From NCBI GenBank assembly GCA_003250975.1, contig QKIY01000009.1, positions 30,727 to 94,726 on the forward strand: a DNA stretch of 64,000 nt, read 5' to 3'. Source of the DNA: Gammaproteobacteria bacterium. Lineage in GTDB: Bacteria; Pseudomonadota; Gammaproteobacteria; Eutrophobiales; Eutrophobiaceae. Within the stretch, counting starts at the first letter, position 1. Each line of letters opens with the position of its first letter. Below, one piece after another: positions 1-9,999 of the stretch. A program made the translations under genes and the position numbers. Below the pieces are notes generated by a model, which had not been told where the DNA came from, did no database searches, and saw only the letters and a program-made list of their open reading frames with translations.

Positions 1-1361
1 ATAACATCCTGCGTTGGGAAGGTATTGTGATTGATCCACTGGGTGCATTACTGGCAGTGCTTGTATTCGACTTTATTATCAGTAGCCAGGATGGTAACGC
101 TTACCAGACAGTAGCCTACGTGTTTGGCAAGATCGTGATTACAGGATGTCTGGCAGGTTTTGTATTCGCACATTTCATGGGTTTCATTCTGAGAAGACAC
201 CTGGCCCCTGAATACCTGCACAATATACTGGCGCTGATACTGGTATTTGCCGTCTATACACTCTCTGATCTCTTTGCCCATGAATCCGGACTGCTGGCAG
301 TGACCGTGATGGGAATGACACTGGCCAATATGGAAGATACCGATATCGAAGACATCCTAGATTTCAAGGAAAGTCTCAGTGTGCTGCTCATTTCTGGCCT
401 GTTTATAATCCTGGCCGCACGTATTGATTTTTACCAGTTTACGCAGATAGGCTGGCAGGCTCTCGGTGTCCTTGCCATCTTGATGCTGGTCGCAAGGCCA
501 TTGTCCGTATTTATCTCCTCACTGGGTTCCGATCTGAAGTTTAACGAAAAGCTGCTGATTTCCTGGATAGGTCCCCGCGGCATAGTCGCAGCTGCTGTTG
601 CATCGATATTTGCCCTTAGGCTTGAAACAAGAGGTTATCCTGAAGCCGTGTTAATGGTACCGCTGGCCTTTATTGTCATAATCGGCACAGTGGTTATCCA
701 AAGTGCCACCAGTAAATCGCTTGCAAAGTGGTTACGTGTCAGGGAACCGCCGCCAACAGGTGTCTTGATTATCGGCGCCGGTATTGTGGCAAGGACCATA
801 GGCAAGGCAATCCAGGATAATGGTTTCAACGTCATGCTGACCGACAGCAACTGGGAAAACACCCGCACGGCGCGTATGAACGGATTGCCCACCTATTATG
901 GCAACCCAATCTCTGACCATGCAGAAAGACACCTGGAGCTGGTAGGGCTGGGTAAAATGCTTGCCATGTCAGGCCGCGAAAATATGGATACTCTGGCGAA
1001 TCTGCGGTTCAAATCCGATTTTGGTGAAAACAATATGTATCAACTGAAAACCACCCGGGAAAAAAGGGTGTCTGAACTACACCGGATCTCCACCCGCCAT
1101 CGCGGTTACCAGTTATTCGGCAAGGAAATTACCCACGGGGAACTTGCGAATTGGCTGCGGGAAGGCGCAGAGATAAAGAGCACCCAGCTTAGCGATGAGT
1201 TTGATTTTGAAAGTTATCAACTGAAATACCGCAAAAACTCAATTCCGTTGTTTGCCATCGACAATAAGGAAAAACTTCAGTTCTTTGTGGCAGAAGGCAA
1301 GATGGAGCCTGAGTCAGGATGGAAGATTATCAGTCTCATCAAAGCAGGCAGTAAAGTATAG
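1..1361 (+). CDS. Cation:proton antiporter (CPA1/NhaP-type) C-terminal half with a TrkA-N/RCK NAD-binding regulatory domain. The gene is 5'-partial: the reading frame is open to the window edge.
   Basis: The reading frame has no stop from nt 3 and the ORF-track start at 27 is GTG. The N-terminal part is a polytopic membrane segment. The tail contains a Rossmann GxGxxG-like motif (VLIIGAGIVARTIG), typical of RCK/TrkA-N domains fused to NhaP2-type exchangers. Confidence 0.7.
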   Translation, partial: NILRWEGIVIDPLGALLAVLVFDFIISSQDGNAYQTVAYVFGKIVITGCLAGFVFAHFMGFILRRHLAPEYLHNILALILVFAVYTLSDLFAHESGLLAVTVMGMTLANMEDTDIEDILDFKESLSVLLISGLFIILAARIDFYQFTQIGWQALGVLAILMLVARPLSVFISSLGSDLKFNEKLLISWIGPRGIVAAAVASIFALRLETRGYPEAVLMVPLAFIVIIGTVVIQSATSKSLAKWLRVREPPPTGVLIIGAGIVARTIGKAIQDNGFNVMLTDSNWENTRTARMNGLPTYYGNPISDHAERHLELVGLGKMLAMSGRENMDTLANLRFKSDFGENNMYQLKTTREKRVSELHRISTRHRGYQLFGKEITHGELANWLREGAEIKSTQLSDEFDFESYQLKYRKNSIPLFAIDNKEKLQFFVAEGKMEPESGWKIISLIKAGSKV

Positions 1362-1514
1362 GAATATCCAGACCTCATTCTGTTTACTGACCATTTAATG
1401 TCCACTTGAAATCCTGGATAACGTTTTTGTGTTCCAGTTCACATAAGCCTGATGCGCATTAGACTAGAATATCGATCAACAAGAAATCATTCCTCCCCCG
1501 ATTCTTGTGACTAA

Positions 1515-1570
1515 CCCGGAACCGGTCTTCCCCTCCCCCCAACTGACCGCTCCGGGTTTTTTATTTGTTT
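1515..1570 (+). terminator. Putative rho-independent terminator downstream of the antiporter gene.
   Basis: An imperfect GC-rich inverted repeat (CCCGGAACCGGTC ... GACCGCTCCGGG) is followed by TTTTTTATTTGTTTT on the + strand. Confidence 0.35.
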
Positions 1571-2380
1571 TCATTTTATAACATCAGGATAAAAAAGTTG
1601 CTTGCCGTGTACCTTGAAACTACGAATCAGAGACTGTCCTTCATCCCCCGTTAAAAAGTCGATATATTTCCTTCCCTGGATCGCCTTCACATGGGGATGC
1701 TTGTCCGGATTCACCAGAATGACATGATAGGGGTTGAACAATTCCTTTGCCCCTTGATACAACACTTGTAATTCAAGCTTGTCGGCAAACGCCAGGTAAG
1801 TTCCCCGGTCACTCAGGGTATAAGCCTGTTTTTCATCAGTGATACGCAACACCTGTCCCATGCCCTGGCCCACCGAGAGGTACCAGTTCCCACCAGGCTG
1901 CTCAATATCAGCCATGCTCCAGAGTTGCCTTTCCTTCTTGTGTGTGCCGGAATCATCACCTCGCGAGACAAACGTACTACCGCTCTGCCGGATACGTTTG
2001 AAGGCATCCGCCACGGAGTTTGCCTTCGCAATATCCGCCGGGTCTTCAGCCGGACCGAGAATAATAAAATCATTATGCATTACCGCCTGCCGTTCGATAC
2101 CGAAGCCTGCTTTCACAAATTCCATCTCGGCCGCCGGCGCATGAACCAGAACCACATCCACATCACCACCCCTGCCCAGTCGTAGGGCCTTGCCCGTCCC
2201 TACAGCGATGACATGAACCTGAATGCCGGTGGCCTCTTCGAAGGCGGGGTTTATTATCGATAATAATCCGGAATTCTCGGTACTGGTGGTTGTTGCCAGC
2301 CTTATAGTTTCACCGGCATGCACCGGAACCATTATCACAGCGGCCAACACTGCAAAAATGTATTTCTTTATACTGATCAT
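1571..2380 (-). CDS. tupA: Periplasmic tungstate/molybdate-type oxyanion-binding protein (TupA-like, PBP_like_2 family). It is orphan: no adjacent permease or ATPase gene.
   Basis: The 269-aa protein has a signal peptide and the TupA-type oxyanion-binding motif TTTSTENSGLL. The start is an ATG preceded by an AAAGGAAAG RBS. The gene lies 38 bp downstream of the porin gene on the same strand. Confidence 0.6.
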   Translation of the reverse strand: MISIKKYIFAVLAAVIMVPVHAGETIRLATTTSTENSGLLSIINPAFEEATGIQVHVIAVGTGKALRLGRGGDVDVVLVHAPAAEMEFVKAGFGIERQAVMHNDFIILGPAEDPADIAKANSVADAFKRIRQSGSTFVSRGDDSGTHKKERQLWSMADIEQPGGNWYLSVGQGMGQVLRITDEKQAYTLSDRGTYLAFADKLELQVLYQGAKELFNPYHVILVNPDKHPHVKAIQGRKYIDFLTGDEGQSLIRSFKVHGKQLFYPDVIK

Positions 2381-2418
2381 GGCACTTTCCTTTTGTTACT
2401 TAGCAGTTAATTGAATTA

Positions 2419-3789
2419 TTAAAATTCGACCTGGCTTCTGATCTGGAAGATATCGGGCTCATCACCATCTGCGGGACCTCCATCAACATCCAGAACGCTC
2501 ACATAATTCGCTGAAAAACGGATGTTCGGCGTGGCAAACCAGTTCAGGGCCAGTGTGAAGTTATCTTCTTCCCCGCCGGTTATGTCTCCGTCTGTCAGGT
2601 CAACATTGCTGAAGCGCGCCGCGATCTGCCAGGCGCCGATCCCGCCCCTGCCGACGATTCCACGAGGGGTGATCTTCCCGAAGGCCCCTTGATTTGCAAA
2701 ATAATTCATGGATTCCCCTGTCAGGAACCAGCCGCCTTCGATGTAGTAACCGGAGAAATCCAGTGACGGGTTACCCGCTAGCGCACGTTCTAGCATCACG
2801 AAGTAATACTCACCGGCCAGGGATAGTGGCCCGCTTATCAGGGCGGATTCCAGGACAAAGCGGTTGTAATCGTCCGTATCGATGTTTCCGGTATCAACCA
2901 GGCGTGTATCCGTCATGTGCGATTCGGGCCGTTCCCTGAACCGGACATTTTCATTTGTACCCGTATTCCTGTAAGCGGCGGAAGCGCCGAGGTGCAAGCG
3001 GGTGTTCTCCGCCAGCAGGGGCCCGTAGGTCAACCGCCCAGAAAAACCAAAACCCTCATCGTTGTCCGAACCTGCTCCATCGATTCCTTCACCATAGGCG
3101 CCTGCTCCCGCACTCCAGTTGCTGCCGCTGGCCAAGATAGCAGCACCGATATTCCTGCCCGGTACAAACACATGGGGCAGTCCCCTTTCCATGAAGGTGT
3201 TGTACTTCGAGCTGGTCATGTTTTGCAGGCTAAAGGGTTCCTTGAAATGGCCCGTCCGGATCCTGAGCTGGTCAAATCCGTTAAAATCCAGATAGGCGTC
3301 CTGGATCCCGCTGCTGCCCGAGCCGGTAAATTCATACTGCAGTTTGTAACCCCAGTTTTCCCAGAGCTTGCCCTCGGCAAATAACCTTGCGCGCCTGACC
3401 TCCGTGCCATCATTGTGGTGGAGTTCGTCTTCGGAATAGATCGCAGCATCTACCATGATGCGTCCGCCTACCCGGAAAGAAAAATCACCATCCGGTGACT
3501 CAACCATAAATTTGCCTTTGGTCGTTATCCGCGATTGATCCTGTGTGGCCTCGGCGACCTCTGAATTGACAGCCTGTTTGACCTCATCAGTCAATTCCAC
3601 AGCAGCGGGAGACGCAGGTGGCTTGTCTTCATTCACACTCATAATCCTTTGATAGGTCTGCGTATCGATCGTGCCGTTTTCGTGTAACGCCTTGAGCAGC
3701 TCTAGCAAGGCGTCATTATCGGCATAAGATGGCACAATGGTTAAGAGGCCGGAAAGACCGAGGAGGATACAAGCGAATTTCCTGAACAT
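2419..3789 (-). CDS. Phosphate-selective porin O/P family outer-membrane anion porin.
   Basis: The 456-aa protein has a signal peptide and a beta-barrel-rich, Gly/aromatic-rich sequence ending in a C-terminal Phe, matching the OprO/OprP (Porin_O_P) family. Confidence 0.8.
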   Translation of the reverse strand: MFRKFACILLGLSGLLTIVPSYADNDALLELLKALHENGTIDTQTYQRIMSVNEDKPPASPAAVELTDEVKQAVNSEVAEATQDQSRITTKGKFMVESPDGDFSFRVGGRIMVDAAIYSEDELHHNDGTEVRRARLFAEGKLWENWGYKLQYEFTGSGSSGIQDAYLDFNGFDQLRIRTGHFKEPFSLQNMTSSKYNTFMERGLPHVFVPGRNIGAAILASGSNWSAGAGAYGEGIDGAGSDNDEGFGFSGRLTYGPLLAENTRLHLGASAAYRNTGTNENVRFRERPESHMTDTRLVDTGNIDTDDYNRFVLESALISGPLSLAGEYYFVMLERALAGNPSLDFSGYYIEGGWFLTGESMNYFANQGAFGKITPRGIVGRGGIGAWQIAARFSNVDLTDGDITGGEEDNFTLALNWFATPNIRFSANYVSVLDVDGGPADGDEPDIFQIRSQVEF

Positions 3790-3893
3790 GGTTGGCTCCT
3801 GTCTTAATATGTATTAATTTGCATATCTGTGATAAATGTAAAATACATATATGTTACTGGGTTAAGCCATTAAATAAGTAATATTTTGCATAT
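3790..3893. promoter_or_regulatory. Divergent AT-rich control region between the porin/tupA operon and the tunR-like regulator. It carries palindromes and a direct repeat that are candidate operator sites.
   Basis: An ATATG-N10-CATAT inverted repeat lies at about 3807-3826. A 10-bp palindrome ACATATATGT lies at about 3845-3854. TTTGCATAT occurs twice, at about 3818-3826 and 3885-3893. ModE/TunR-family regulators bind palindromic AT-rich operators. Confidence 0.3.
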
Positions 3894-4952
3894 ATGAAGA
3901 TCAGGCCTGATATCTGCTGGAAACTGGAGAATAACAATATCGACCCTGATATCTTCGCCCTCCTGCATGGCATCAGAGCGAAAGGATCACTGAAACAGGC
4001 AGCCGAGGATGCAGGCCTGTCATATCGTCATGCCTGGGGAATACTAAAGGCGCTGGGTGAAAAATTGAAATCACCCCTGACACGAATGGAGAGGGGCCGC
4101 GGTGCCAGCTTGACAGAGGTGGGTGAAAACCTGCTCTGGGCTGAGGAGCTGGCCCGTACGCGCCTAGCGGGGGAACTGCAGGTCTTGGCAGGGGACATCA
4201 ACCGGCAACTGGCGGAGTTTCTCCATGAAGCTCGGTCCGGCAAGCTCCGTATCAATGCCAGCCATGGTCTCGCCATTGCACATCTGCATACTCTGTTGCA
4301 GGAGTCCACCAAACTCATCGTGGACTTTCATTTCCGAGGCAGCCTCGAGAGCCTCAGGGAACTCGCCAACTCCCGTTGTGACATAGCGGGGTTCCATTTT
4401 CCTGCCGGCCCGATTGGCAAAAAGCTTGCACCGCATTACCGGCAGTGGCTGGACAGGGAAAGACATCTTCTTTTTAAATTTGCTACCCGGAAGCAGGGCT
4501 TGATGATCAAGCCCGGCAACCCGCGGAAGATCACTCGTCTCCAGGACCTGACCAAACGTTCCGTCAGATTCATCAATCGTCAGGAGGAATCAGGTACGCG
4601 AACAATCCTTGATGCCCTGCTGAGCGAGCAAAAGATCGATAAGACGCGTATCAAGGGATACCATGATGAAGAATTTACCCATGTAGCTGTCGCCGCATTG
4701 ATTGCCAGCGGGGTAGCAGACGCCGGCTTCGGGATCGAGGCCGCGGCCCGGAAGTTCGGTCTGCAGTTTATCCCCATAGTCTCTGAAACCTATGTGTTTG
4801 CCATAGATTCCTCGATCCAGGAAACGCTGGTGGATGAATTTATCCGGACAGTCAGGTCCCGGAAGATAAAATCTCTCGTCAATGCTCTGCCCGGTTATGA
4901 TGTGAGAGATGCCGGCAGGAAAATGGATATTGAAGATCTGTTTGCAAGCTGA
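3894..4952 (+). CDS. ModE-N-type winged-HTH regulator fused to a periplasmic-binding-protein-like (TupA/ModA-like) sensor domain. This is the TunR-like tungstate/molybdate-responsive architecture.
   Basis: The N-terminal region (LLHGIRAKGSLKQAAEDAGLSYRHAWGILKAL...GRGASLTEVGENLL) matches the ModE N-terminal HTH. The C-terminal ~230 aa are PBP-like rather than TOBE/Mop domains. The gene is divergent from the oprP-like/tupA operon. Confidence 0.65.
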   Translation: MKIRPDICWKLENNNIDPDIFALLHGIRAKGSLKQAAEDAGLSYRHAWGILKALGEKLKSPLTRMERGRGASLTEVGENLLWAEELARTRLAGELQVLAGDINRQLAEFLHEARSGKLRINASHGLAIAHLHTLLQESTKLIVDFHFRGSLESLRELANSRCDIAGFHFPAGPIGKKLAPHYRQWLDRERHLLFKFATRKQGLMIKPGNPRKITRLQDLTKRSVRFINRQEESGTRTILDALLSEQKIDKTRIKGYHDEEFTHVAVAALIASGVADAGFGIEAAARKFGLQFIPIVSETYVFAIDSSIQETLVDEFIRTVRSRKIKSLVNALPGYDVRDAGRKMDIEDLFAS

Positions 4953-4978
4953 AATTGTTCCCTGGTTTCTAGAGAATT

Positions 4979-6454
4979 TCAGGGAAAGACTCCAACATCG
5001 ATGCCCCACACCAATGGCAGCAGGAACACCACGAAGAAGGTGATAACCACGATGCCGATAAGGTTCAGACCCAGTCCCGCTTTCATCATTTGCGGGATGG
5101 TTACATAGCGACTGCCGAATACGATGGCATTAGGCGGTGTGGCAACCGGCAACATAAAGGCAAAAGAGGCGGCTATCGCGGCTGCAATCATGATCCCATA
5201 GGGATGGATCTGCAAGGCCTCGGCAACTGCCATCATAACCGGCAGGGAAATCGAGGCAGTCGCCGTGTTCGAGGTCATTTCTGTCAGCATGATGATCAGG
5301 GCAGTAATCCCCCCGACAATCAAGATGATGGCGGTACCCCGCAGTCCAACCAGCAGCTCGGCAATCGATTTCGTCAGTCCGGATTCGCTGAAACCAGCGG
5401 CCAGTGCAAAACCGCCGCCGAACAATATCAACACATCCCAGGGGATGGTCACGGCGGTCTTCCAATCAAGCAGGAACTGCCGTGCCTTCAGGTTACTGGG
5501 AATTATAAATAATAACAGTGCTCCCCCAATGGCGATGGTCGAATCCTTTACAAATCTCAATGCCTCTATATTCACCAGACCGGTGATAATCCAGCCAAGC
5601 GCCACGAGTACCAGCACAAGCGTGATTATCAACTCTTCACGGGAGAACGGCCCCAACTCCACTGTTTCCTGCCGGATAGTCTCCCGGCTTCCCGGGATAT
5701 GGTCCATGCCCGACGGATAGACCAACCGGGTGAGGTAATACCAAGTAAGGATCAACATGATGAATGACAGGGGAAAGGCAAACATCATCCAGTCCAGCAG
5801 ACGGATAGTCTCACCATACTGCTGTTCAACGATGCCGGCAAAGATGGCATTCGGTGGCGTACCTATCAATGTGGCCACACCACCAATGGATGCGGAATAG
5901 GCAATACCCAGCATCAGGGCGATCCCGAAATTGAAATGCCCTTGCCGGGTATCAACGCATCTGTTTGCTAGCTTATCGAGTTGCCTGCGGGTGCGATCGA
6001 TCACGGCAAGGCCGATGGTCATCATCATCATGGTGGCCGCCGTATTACTGATCCACATCGAAAGCAGGGCCGTCGCCAGCATAAAACCGAGAATAACCCG
6101 CTCGGGCGTATGACCCACAAGTCGCAAAGTAGCTAAGGCGATGCGACGATGCAGTTGCCACTTCTCGACAGTTACGGCGATAAAAAAACCCCCCATAAAG
6201 AGAAAGACCAGATGATTGCCATAGGCCAGTGTAGTCTTGCTGGCACTCATGATCCCCATGGGCGGGTAAAGCACGATCGGCAGCAATGAGGTGGCAGGGA
6301 TTGGGATCGCCTCGGTGATCCAGAAGGCCGCCATCAACAAGGCGATGGCTACTACCCGCATGGATTCGGCGGTAAAACCATCGGGTACGGGCATTAATAA
6401 CACGAGAATAAACAGGGACGGGCCCAGGATAAGGCCTATATTGGCACGTGACAT
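4979..6454 (-). CDS. DASS/SLC13-family Na+-coupled divalent anion symporter (sulfate/dicarboxylate/oxyanion transporter family).
   Basis: The ~491-aa protein is polytopic with duplicated hairpin-type motifs (SNTA..., GTPPN) typical of the DASS/CitT/NadC fold. The ORF-track start at 6457 is TTG; the adjacent ATG at 6452-6454 is used here. Confidence 0.75.
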   Translation of the reverse strand: MSRANIGLILGPSLFILVLLMPVPDGFTAESMRVVAIALLMAAFWITEAIPIPATSLLPIVLYPPMGIMSASKTTLAYGNHLVFLFMGGFFIAVTVEKWQLHRRIALATLRLVGHTPERVILGFMLATALLSMWISNTAATMMMMTIGLAVIDRTRRQLDKLANRCVDTRQGHFNFGIALMLGIAYSASIGGVATLIGTPPNAIFAGIVEQQYGETIRLLDWMMFAFPLSFIMLILTWYYLTRLVYPSGMDHIPGSRETIRQETVELGPFSREELIITLVLVLVALGWIITGLVNIEALRFVKDSTIAIGGALLLFIIPSNLKARQFLLDWKTAVTIPWDVLILFGGGFALAAGFSESGLTKSIAELLVGLRGTAIILIVGGITALIIMLTEMTSNTATASISLPVMMAVAEALQIHPYGIMIAAAIAASFAFMLPVATPPNAIVFGSRYVTIPQMMKAGLGLNLIGIVVITFFVVFLLPLVWGIDVGVFP

Positions 6455-6575
6455 CAAGGGATCTTATCAAAATCCGCCATTAATGTGAGTGACTGGTTTT
6501 TTTGAATTAAAACCGTGCCCAGCAGCCGCTTTTCGTTATAATGCCCGGCTTTGTTCATTAGAGATACCACTGAAC

Positions 6576-8396
6576 GTGATAGAGAATATCCGTAACATCG
6601 CCATTATCGCTCACGTCGATCACGGGAAAACCACCCTCGTTGATGAGTTGCTCAAGCAATCCGGCACGCTCGCCTCCCGCAACATGACACAGGAGCGGGT
6701 GATGGACAGTAATGAACTGGAACGGGAGCGCGGCATCACTATCCTGGCCAAGAACACGGCTCTGCAGTGGCAGGACTACCGCATCAACATCATCGATACG
6801 CCAGGACATGCCGATTTCGGCGGCGAAGTGGAACGCGTCCTGTCCATGGCCGATTCTGTCCTGTTACTGGTCGACGCTGTTGATGGCCCCATGCCACAGA
6901 CACGTTTCGTCACGCAAAAGGCACTGGCCCGGGGTTTCAGGCCAATAGTGGTCATCAACAAGGTGGACCGGACCGGCGCGAGGCCGCACTGGGTATTGGA
7001 CAGGACCTTTGACCTGTTTGATCGCCTGGGCGCAACGGATGAACAACTCGACTTTCCGGTTGTCTATGCCTCAGCACTCAATGGCTACAGTTCGCTGGAT
7101 GCCGATTGCCATAACGGTGACATGCGGCCCCTCTTCCAGACCATTATCGACAAAGTACCGCCACCGGAAGTGGACCCCGAAGGACCATTCCAGATGCAGA
7201 TCAGCTCACTGAGCTACAACAGCTATGTCGGTGTGATCGGGATTGGTCGCGTCACCCGTGGTTCCATAAAGACCAATACACAAGTCACCGTTATCGACGG
7301 CACAGGCAACGCCCGCCCGGGCCGTATCCTGCAGATCTATAAACTGCTGGGCCTGGAACGCATCGAGATCCCACAGGCAACGGCCGGAGACATCATTGCC
7401 ATGTGCGGGATTGAGGACCTGGGCATATCGGAGACGCTGTGCTCACTTGCAAAGCCGGAGGCCCTGCCGCCGTTGACTATTGATGAACCGACCGTCAGCA
7501 TGACCTTCCAGGTCAATGATTCACCCTTCTGTGGCAGGGACGGCAAGTATGTGACCTCACGCCAGATCAAGGAACGCCTGGCCCAGGAACTGAAGCACAA
7601 TGTGGCCCTGCGCGTGGAGAAGACCGATGATCCTGACAAATTCAAGGTCTCCGGCCGCGGCGAACTGCACCTGTCGATCCTGATCGAGACCATGCGACGT
7701 GAAGGATACGAGTTGGGTGTTTCCCGCCCCGAAGTGATAATGAAAGAGATTGGCGGCGAACTGCGCGAGCCATACGAGCAGCTGACTGTGGACATGGACA
7801 GTGAATACCAGGGCGCCGTCATGGAACTGCTCGGGCAACGCGGTGGCGAATTGAAAGAGATGTTGCCGGACGGTAAGGGGCGCATCAGGCTGGACTACAT
7901 CATCCCTGCCAGAGGTTTGATAGGACTGCGCACACTCTATATGACCACCACGTCGGGGACCGGACTGATGTACCATGTTTTTGATCATTATGGCAGCATC
8001 AGGAAAACCGATGTCGGCGAGCGCAGCAACGGGGTATTGATCGCAAACGCGACCGGTAAGGCGCTGGGGTATGCGCTCTTCAACCTCCAGGAACGCGGCC
8101 AGATGTTGATTGGGCCCGGAACCGAGGTCTATGAAGGCATGATTGTCGGCATCCACTCCCGCGACAATGATCTGGTAGTAAATGCGCTCAAAGCGAAACA
8201 ACTCACCAATATTCGGGCGGCTGGCAAGGATGACAATATCCTGCTGACCCCACCGCTGCGGCTCAGCCTGGAACAGGCGCTGGAATTTATCGACGATGAC
8301 GAGCTGGTGGAGATCACGCCCAAGCATATACGTCTAAGGAAAAAACTCCTGCAAGAGCATGAACGCAAGAGCGCCTCAAGGAAAAAGGCAGGCTAA
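6576..8396 (+). CDS. typA: Translational GTPase BipA/TypA.
   Basis: From the in-frame GTG the protein begins (M)[30 protein letters not shown]..., near-collinear with E. coli TypA ([21 protein letters not shown]...), and the full length aligns. The ORF-track start at 6489 is an upstream GTG that adds a non-conserved leader. Confidence 0.9.
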   Translation: MIENIRNIAIIAHVDHGKTTLVDELLKQSGTLASRNMTQERVMDSNELERERGITILAKNTALQWQDYRINIIDTPGHADFGGEVERVLSMADSVLLLVDAVDGPMPQTRFVTQKALARGFRPIVVINKVDRTGARPHWVLDRTFDLFDRLGATDEQLDFPVVYASALNGYSSLDADCHNGDMRPLFQTIIDKVPPPEVDPEGPFQMQISSLSYNSYVGVIGIGRVTRGSIKTNTQVTVIDGTGNARPGRILQIYKLLGLERIEIPQATAGDIIAMCGIEDLGISETLCSLAKPEALPPLTIDEPTVSMTFQVNDSPFCGRDGKYVTSRQIKERLAQELKHNVALRVEKTDDPDKFKVSGRGELHLSILIETMRREGYELGVSRPEVIMKEIGGELREPYEQLTVDMDSEYQGAVMELLGQRGGELKEMLPDGKGRIRLDYIIPARGLIGLRTLYMTTTSGTGLMYHVFDHYGSIRKTDVGERSNGVLIANATGKALGYALFNLQERGQMLIGPGTEVYEGMIVGIHSRDNDLVVNALKAKQLTNIRAAGKDDNILLTPPLRLSLEQALEFIDDDELVEITPKHIRLRKKLLQEHERKSASRKKAG

Positions 8397-8804
8397 TCAA
8401 TCATAACATTTGAATCGGAAACCGCAGTGGCTGACATCCAGTTCACGACAGACGAATTGTCCGGAGTCAGTGCTATCCCATTCACCGGCATCTGGAGTAA
8501 TCGTACAATTCTGTGACACCGGTTTGCCGTCCATTGTTACAGGCCACTTGTCTGTTGTATAGCGGCATGAAACATATTCACCAAAATTGATAATGCGCAC
8601 GGCATAGAGTGTCTTCACGCCTAGCAAATCATCCAGGCTGGTCCGTTCATCCACTGTCCATTCCATGTATTGTGAAATATCACGTTGCCTTATCTGTTCC
8701 GGTTCAGGACAGGAGTCGGCAAATGATACAGCGGAAAAGAAACCCATGATTACTATCACGCCTGTCAGGTTCAAAAGCATCACCGCTAGTTTTTTGCAAA
8801 TCAC
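8397..8804 (-). CDS. Small secreted cysteine-containing hypothetical protein.
   Basis: The 135-aa protein has an N-terminal signal peptide (MICKKLAVMLLNLTGVIVIMGFFSAVSFA|DS) and 6 Cys in the mature part. The start is GTG. Its stop abuts the typA stop (convergent). I recognise no confident family. Confidence 0.45.
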   Translation of the reverse strand: MICKKLAVMLLNLTGVIVIMGFFSAVSFADSCPEPEQIRQRDISQYMEWTVDERTSLDDLLGVKTLYAVRIINFGEYVSCRYTTDKWPVTMDGKPVSQNCTITPDAGEWDSTDSGQFVCRELDVSHCGFRFKCYD

Positions 8805-8814
8805 GTGACAGCGC

Positions 8815-9390
8815 TCATCCGATATGCTTTACCATTAACAGGGCGCTCCCTGAACAGCGTATTAACGGATGGGGCACAATCGCATCCCGCGCCACCTCCC
8901 GGTAGCCGTGTTTGAGGTATAGCCTGTGTGCCCCCTCTTTTTCTTCCACCACAATCAGGCTCAGCTTGTCCATATCCTGTTCCCTTGCCAGTCGCTCTGC
9001 AATCATCAGAAACTTGTGACCTATCCCCTGGCCGCGGAATTCAGGTAATACCGACATACTGCATATATAAAAACTATTGTCCTCTTCCAGCCTGTTGTAA
9101 GGCGCGAGTATGGGATCGAGTTCCTCCTCCCCTTCACTGGAAAAAAAGGGAAAGGCCACCAGCATTCCAATGACCTGCTTCCCGCAAGTGGCAACAGTAC
9201 AGTTTTTGTAGCTGAATACGGAGTCTTCCTGTTCATAACGGCGCTGGCCAACATCAATTATGTCTTCACCAGGTTCGGCAAGTTTCGTCCAGATATAATC
9301 AGATACCCCGTCAGAAGAGATACTGTAGAGCTTCGCAATGGTCCTGCAGTCAGCCTTGATTGCAGGGCGAAATGCAATGTTAGTCATCAT
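8815..9390 (-). CDS. GNAT family N-acetyltransferase.
   Basis: The 191-aa protein has an acetyl-CoA-binding motif of the R/QxxGxG/A type (LPEFRGQGIGHKFL) and an ATG start. It overlaps the arfB stop by 11 nt, indicating an operon. Confidence 0.8.
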   Translation of the reverse strand: MMTNIAFRPAIKADCRTIAKLYSISSDGVSDYIWTKLAEPGEDIIDVGQRRYEQEDSVFSYKNCTVATCGKQVIGMLVAFPFFSSEGEEELDPILAPYNRLEEDNSFYICSMSVLPEFRGQGIGHKFLMIAERLAREQDMDKLSLIVVEEKEGAHRLYLKHGYREVARDAIVPHPLIRCSGSALLMVKHIG

Positions 9391-9799
9391 AGACTGTCTT
9401 TTGCCGCAATATTTTTAACTGTGCCCGTTGTTTTTTTGTTTCAAGGCGTTTCATTTTCGATCGTAAAGTGGGCTGTGTTTTTTTGCGCACTTTGGGGCTA
9501 TACCCCGCTTCCTGCACCAGTGTCTGCAGACGTGACAATGCGGCCGCCCTGTTTTTTTCCTGACTGCGATACTGCTGGGCCTTGATGATGATTACACCAT
9601 TACGGCTGATGCGCCTGTCATTGGAAACTAGCAGGCGTTTTTTATAAAACTCTGGTAAGGATGAGGCCTGCGAATCAAACCGCAGGTGAATGGCCGTTGA
9701 GACCTTGTTGACATTCTGCCCACCTGCACCCCGGGCCCGGATAGGGTGCAGTTCAATTTCACTTTCAGGGATGCTGACCCGTGACGAAATTCTTAACAT
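9380..9799 (-). CDS. arfB: Alternative ribosome-rescue factor ArfB (YaeJ), a peptidyl-tRNA hydrolase.
   Basis: The 139-aa protein has the GGQ motif (ARGAGGQNVNKVSTAIHLRF) followed by a basic C-terminal tail. This is typical of ArfB. Confidence 0.85.
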   Translation of the reverse strand: MLRISSRVSIPESEIELHPIRARGAGGQNVNKVSTAIHLRFDSQASSLPEFYKKRLLVSNDRRISRNGVIIIKAQQYRSQEKNRAAALSRLQTLVQEAGYSPKVRKKTQPTLRSKMKRLETKKQRAQLKILRQKTVYDD

Positions 9800-9828
9800 G
9801 CCCGGTTATGTAATACCCTTAACAACCC

Positions 9829-9999
9829 CTACTTGAAAAAACAGTATTTGGTATAACTGGCGGCCTCATTGGCCGTCCATTCCCCCTTTGGTTTTTCTGC
9901 AATCGACTCACACCAAGCCTCGCTGCCCACTTCCGGCGAACAGGCCGTAGCGAACAGCAACTGGCCCAGCACTATCAAATAAACGGTGATTTTTTTCAT
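9829..9999 (-). CDS. Small lipoprotein of the DUF3012 family (56 aa). It is not in the supplied ORF track.
   Basis: The manual translation is MKKITVYLIVLGQLLFATACSPEVGSEAWCESIAEKPKGEWTANEAASYTKYCFFK. It has a lipobox-like FATAC motif and the KPKGEW signature I associate with DUF3012. Its ATG overlaps the tag stop as ATGA (9996-9999). It ends 29 bp before the arfB start. Confidence 0.55.
   Translation of the reverse strand: MKKITVYLIVLGQLLFATACSPEVGSEAWCESIAEKPKGEWTANEAASYTKYCFFK

Noticed and set aside
8397-8804. A DUF3757-type assignment for the small secreted Cys-rich protein.
   Set aside because: I could not recall a diagnostic motif with confidence, so it is left as hypothetical.
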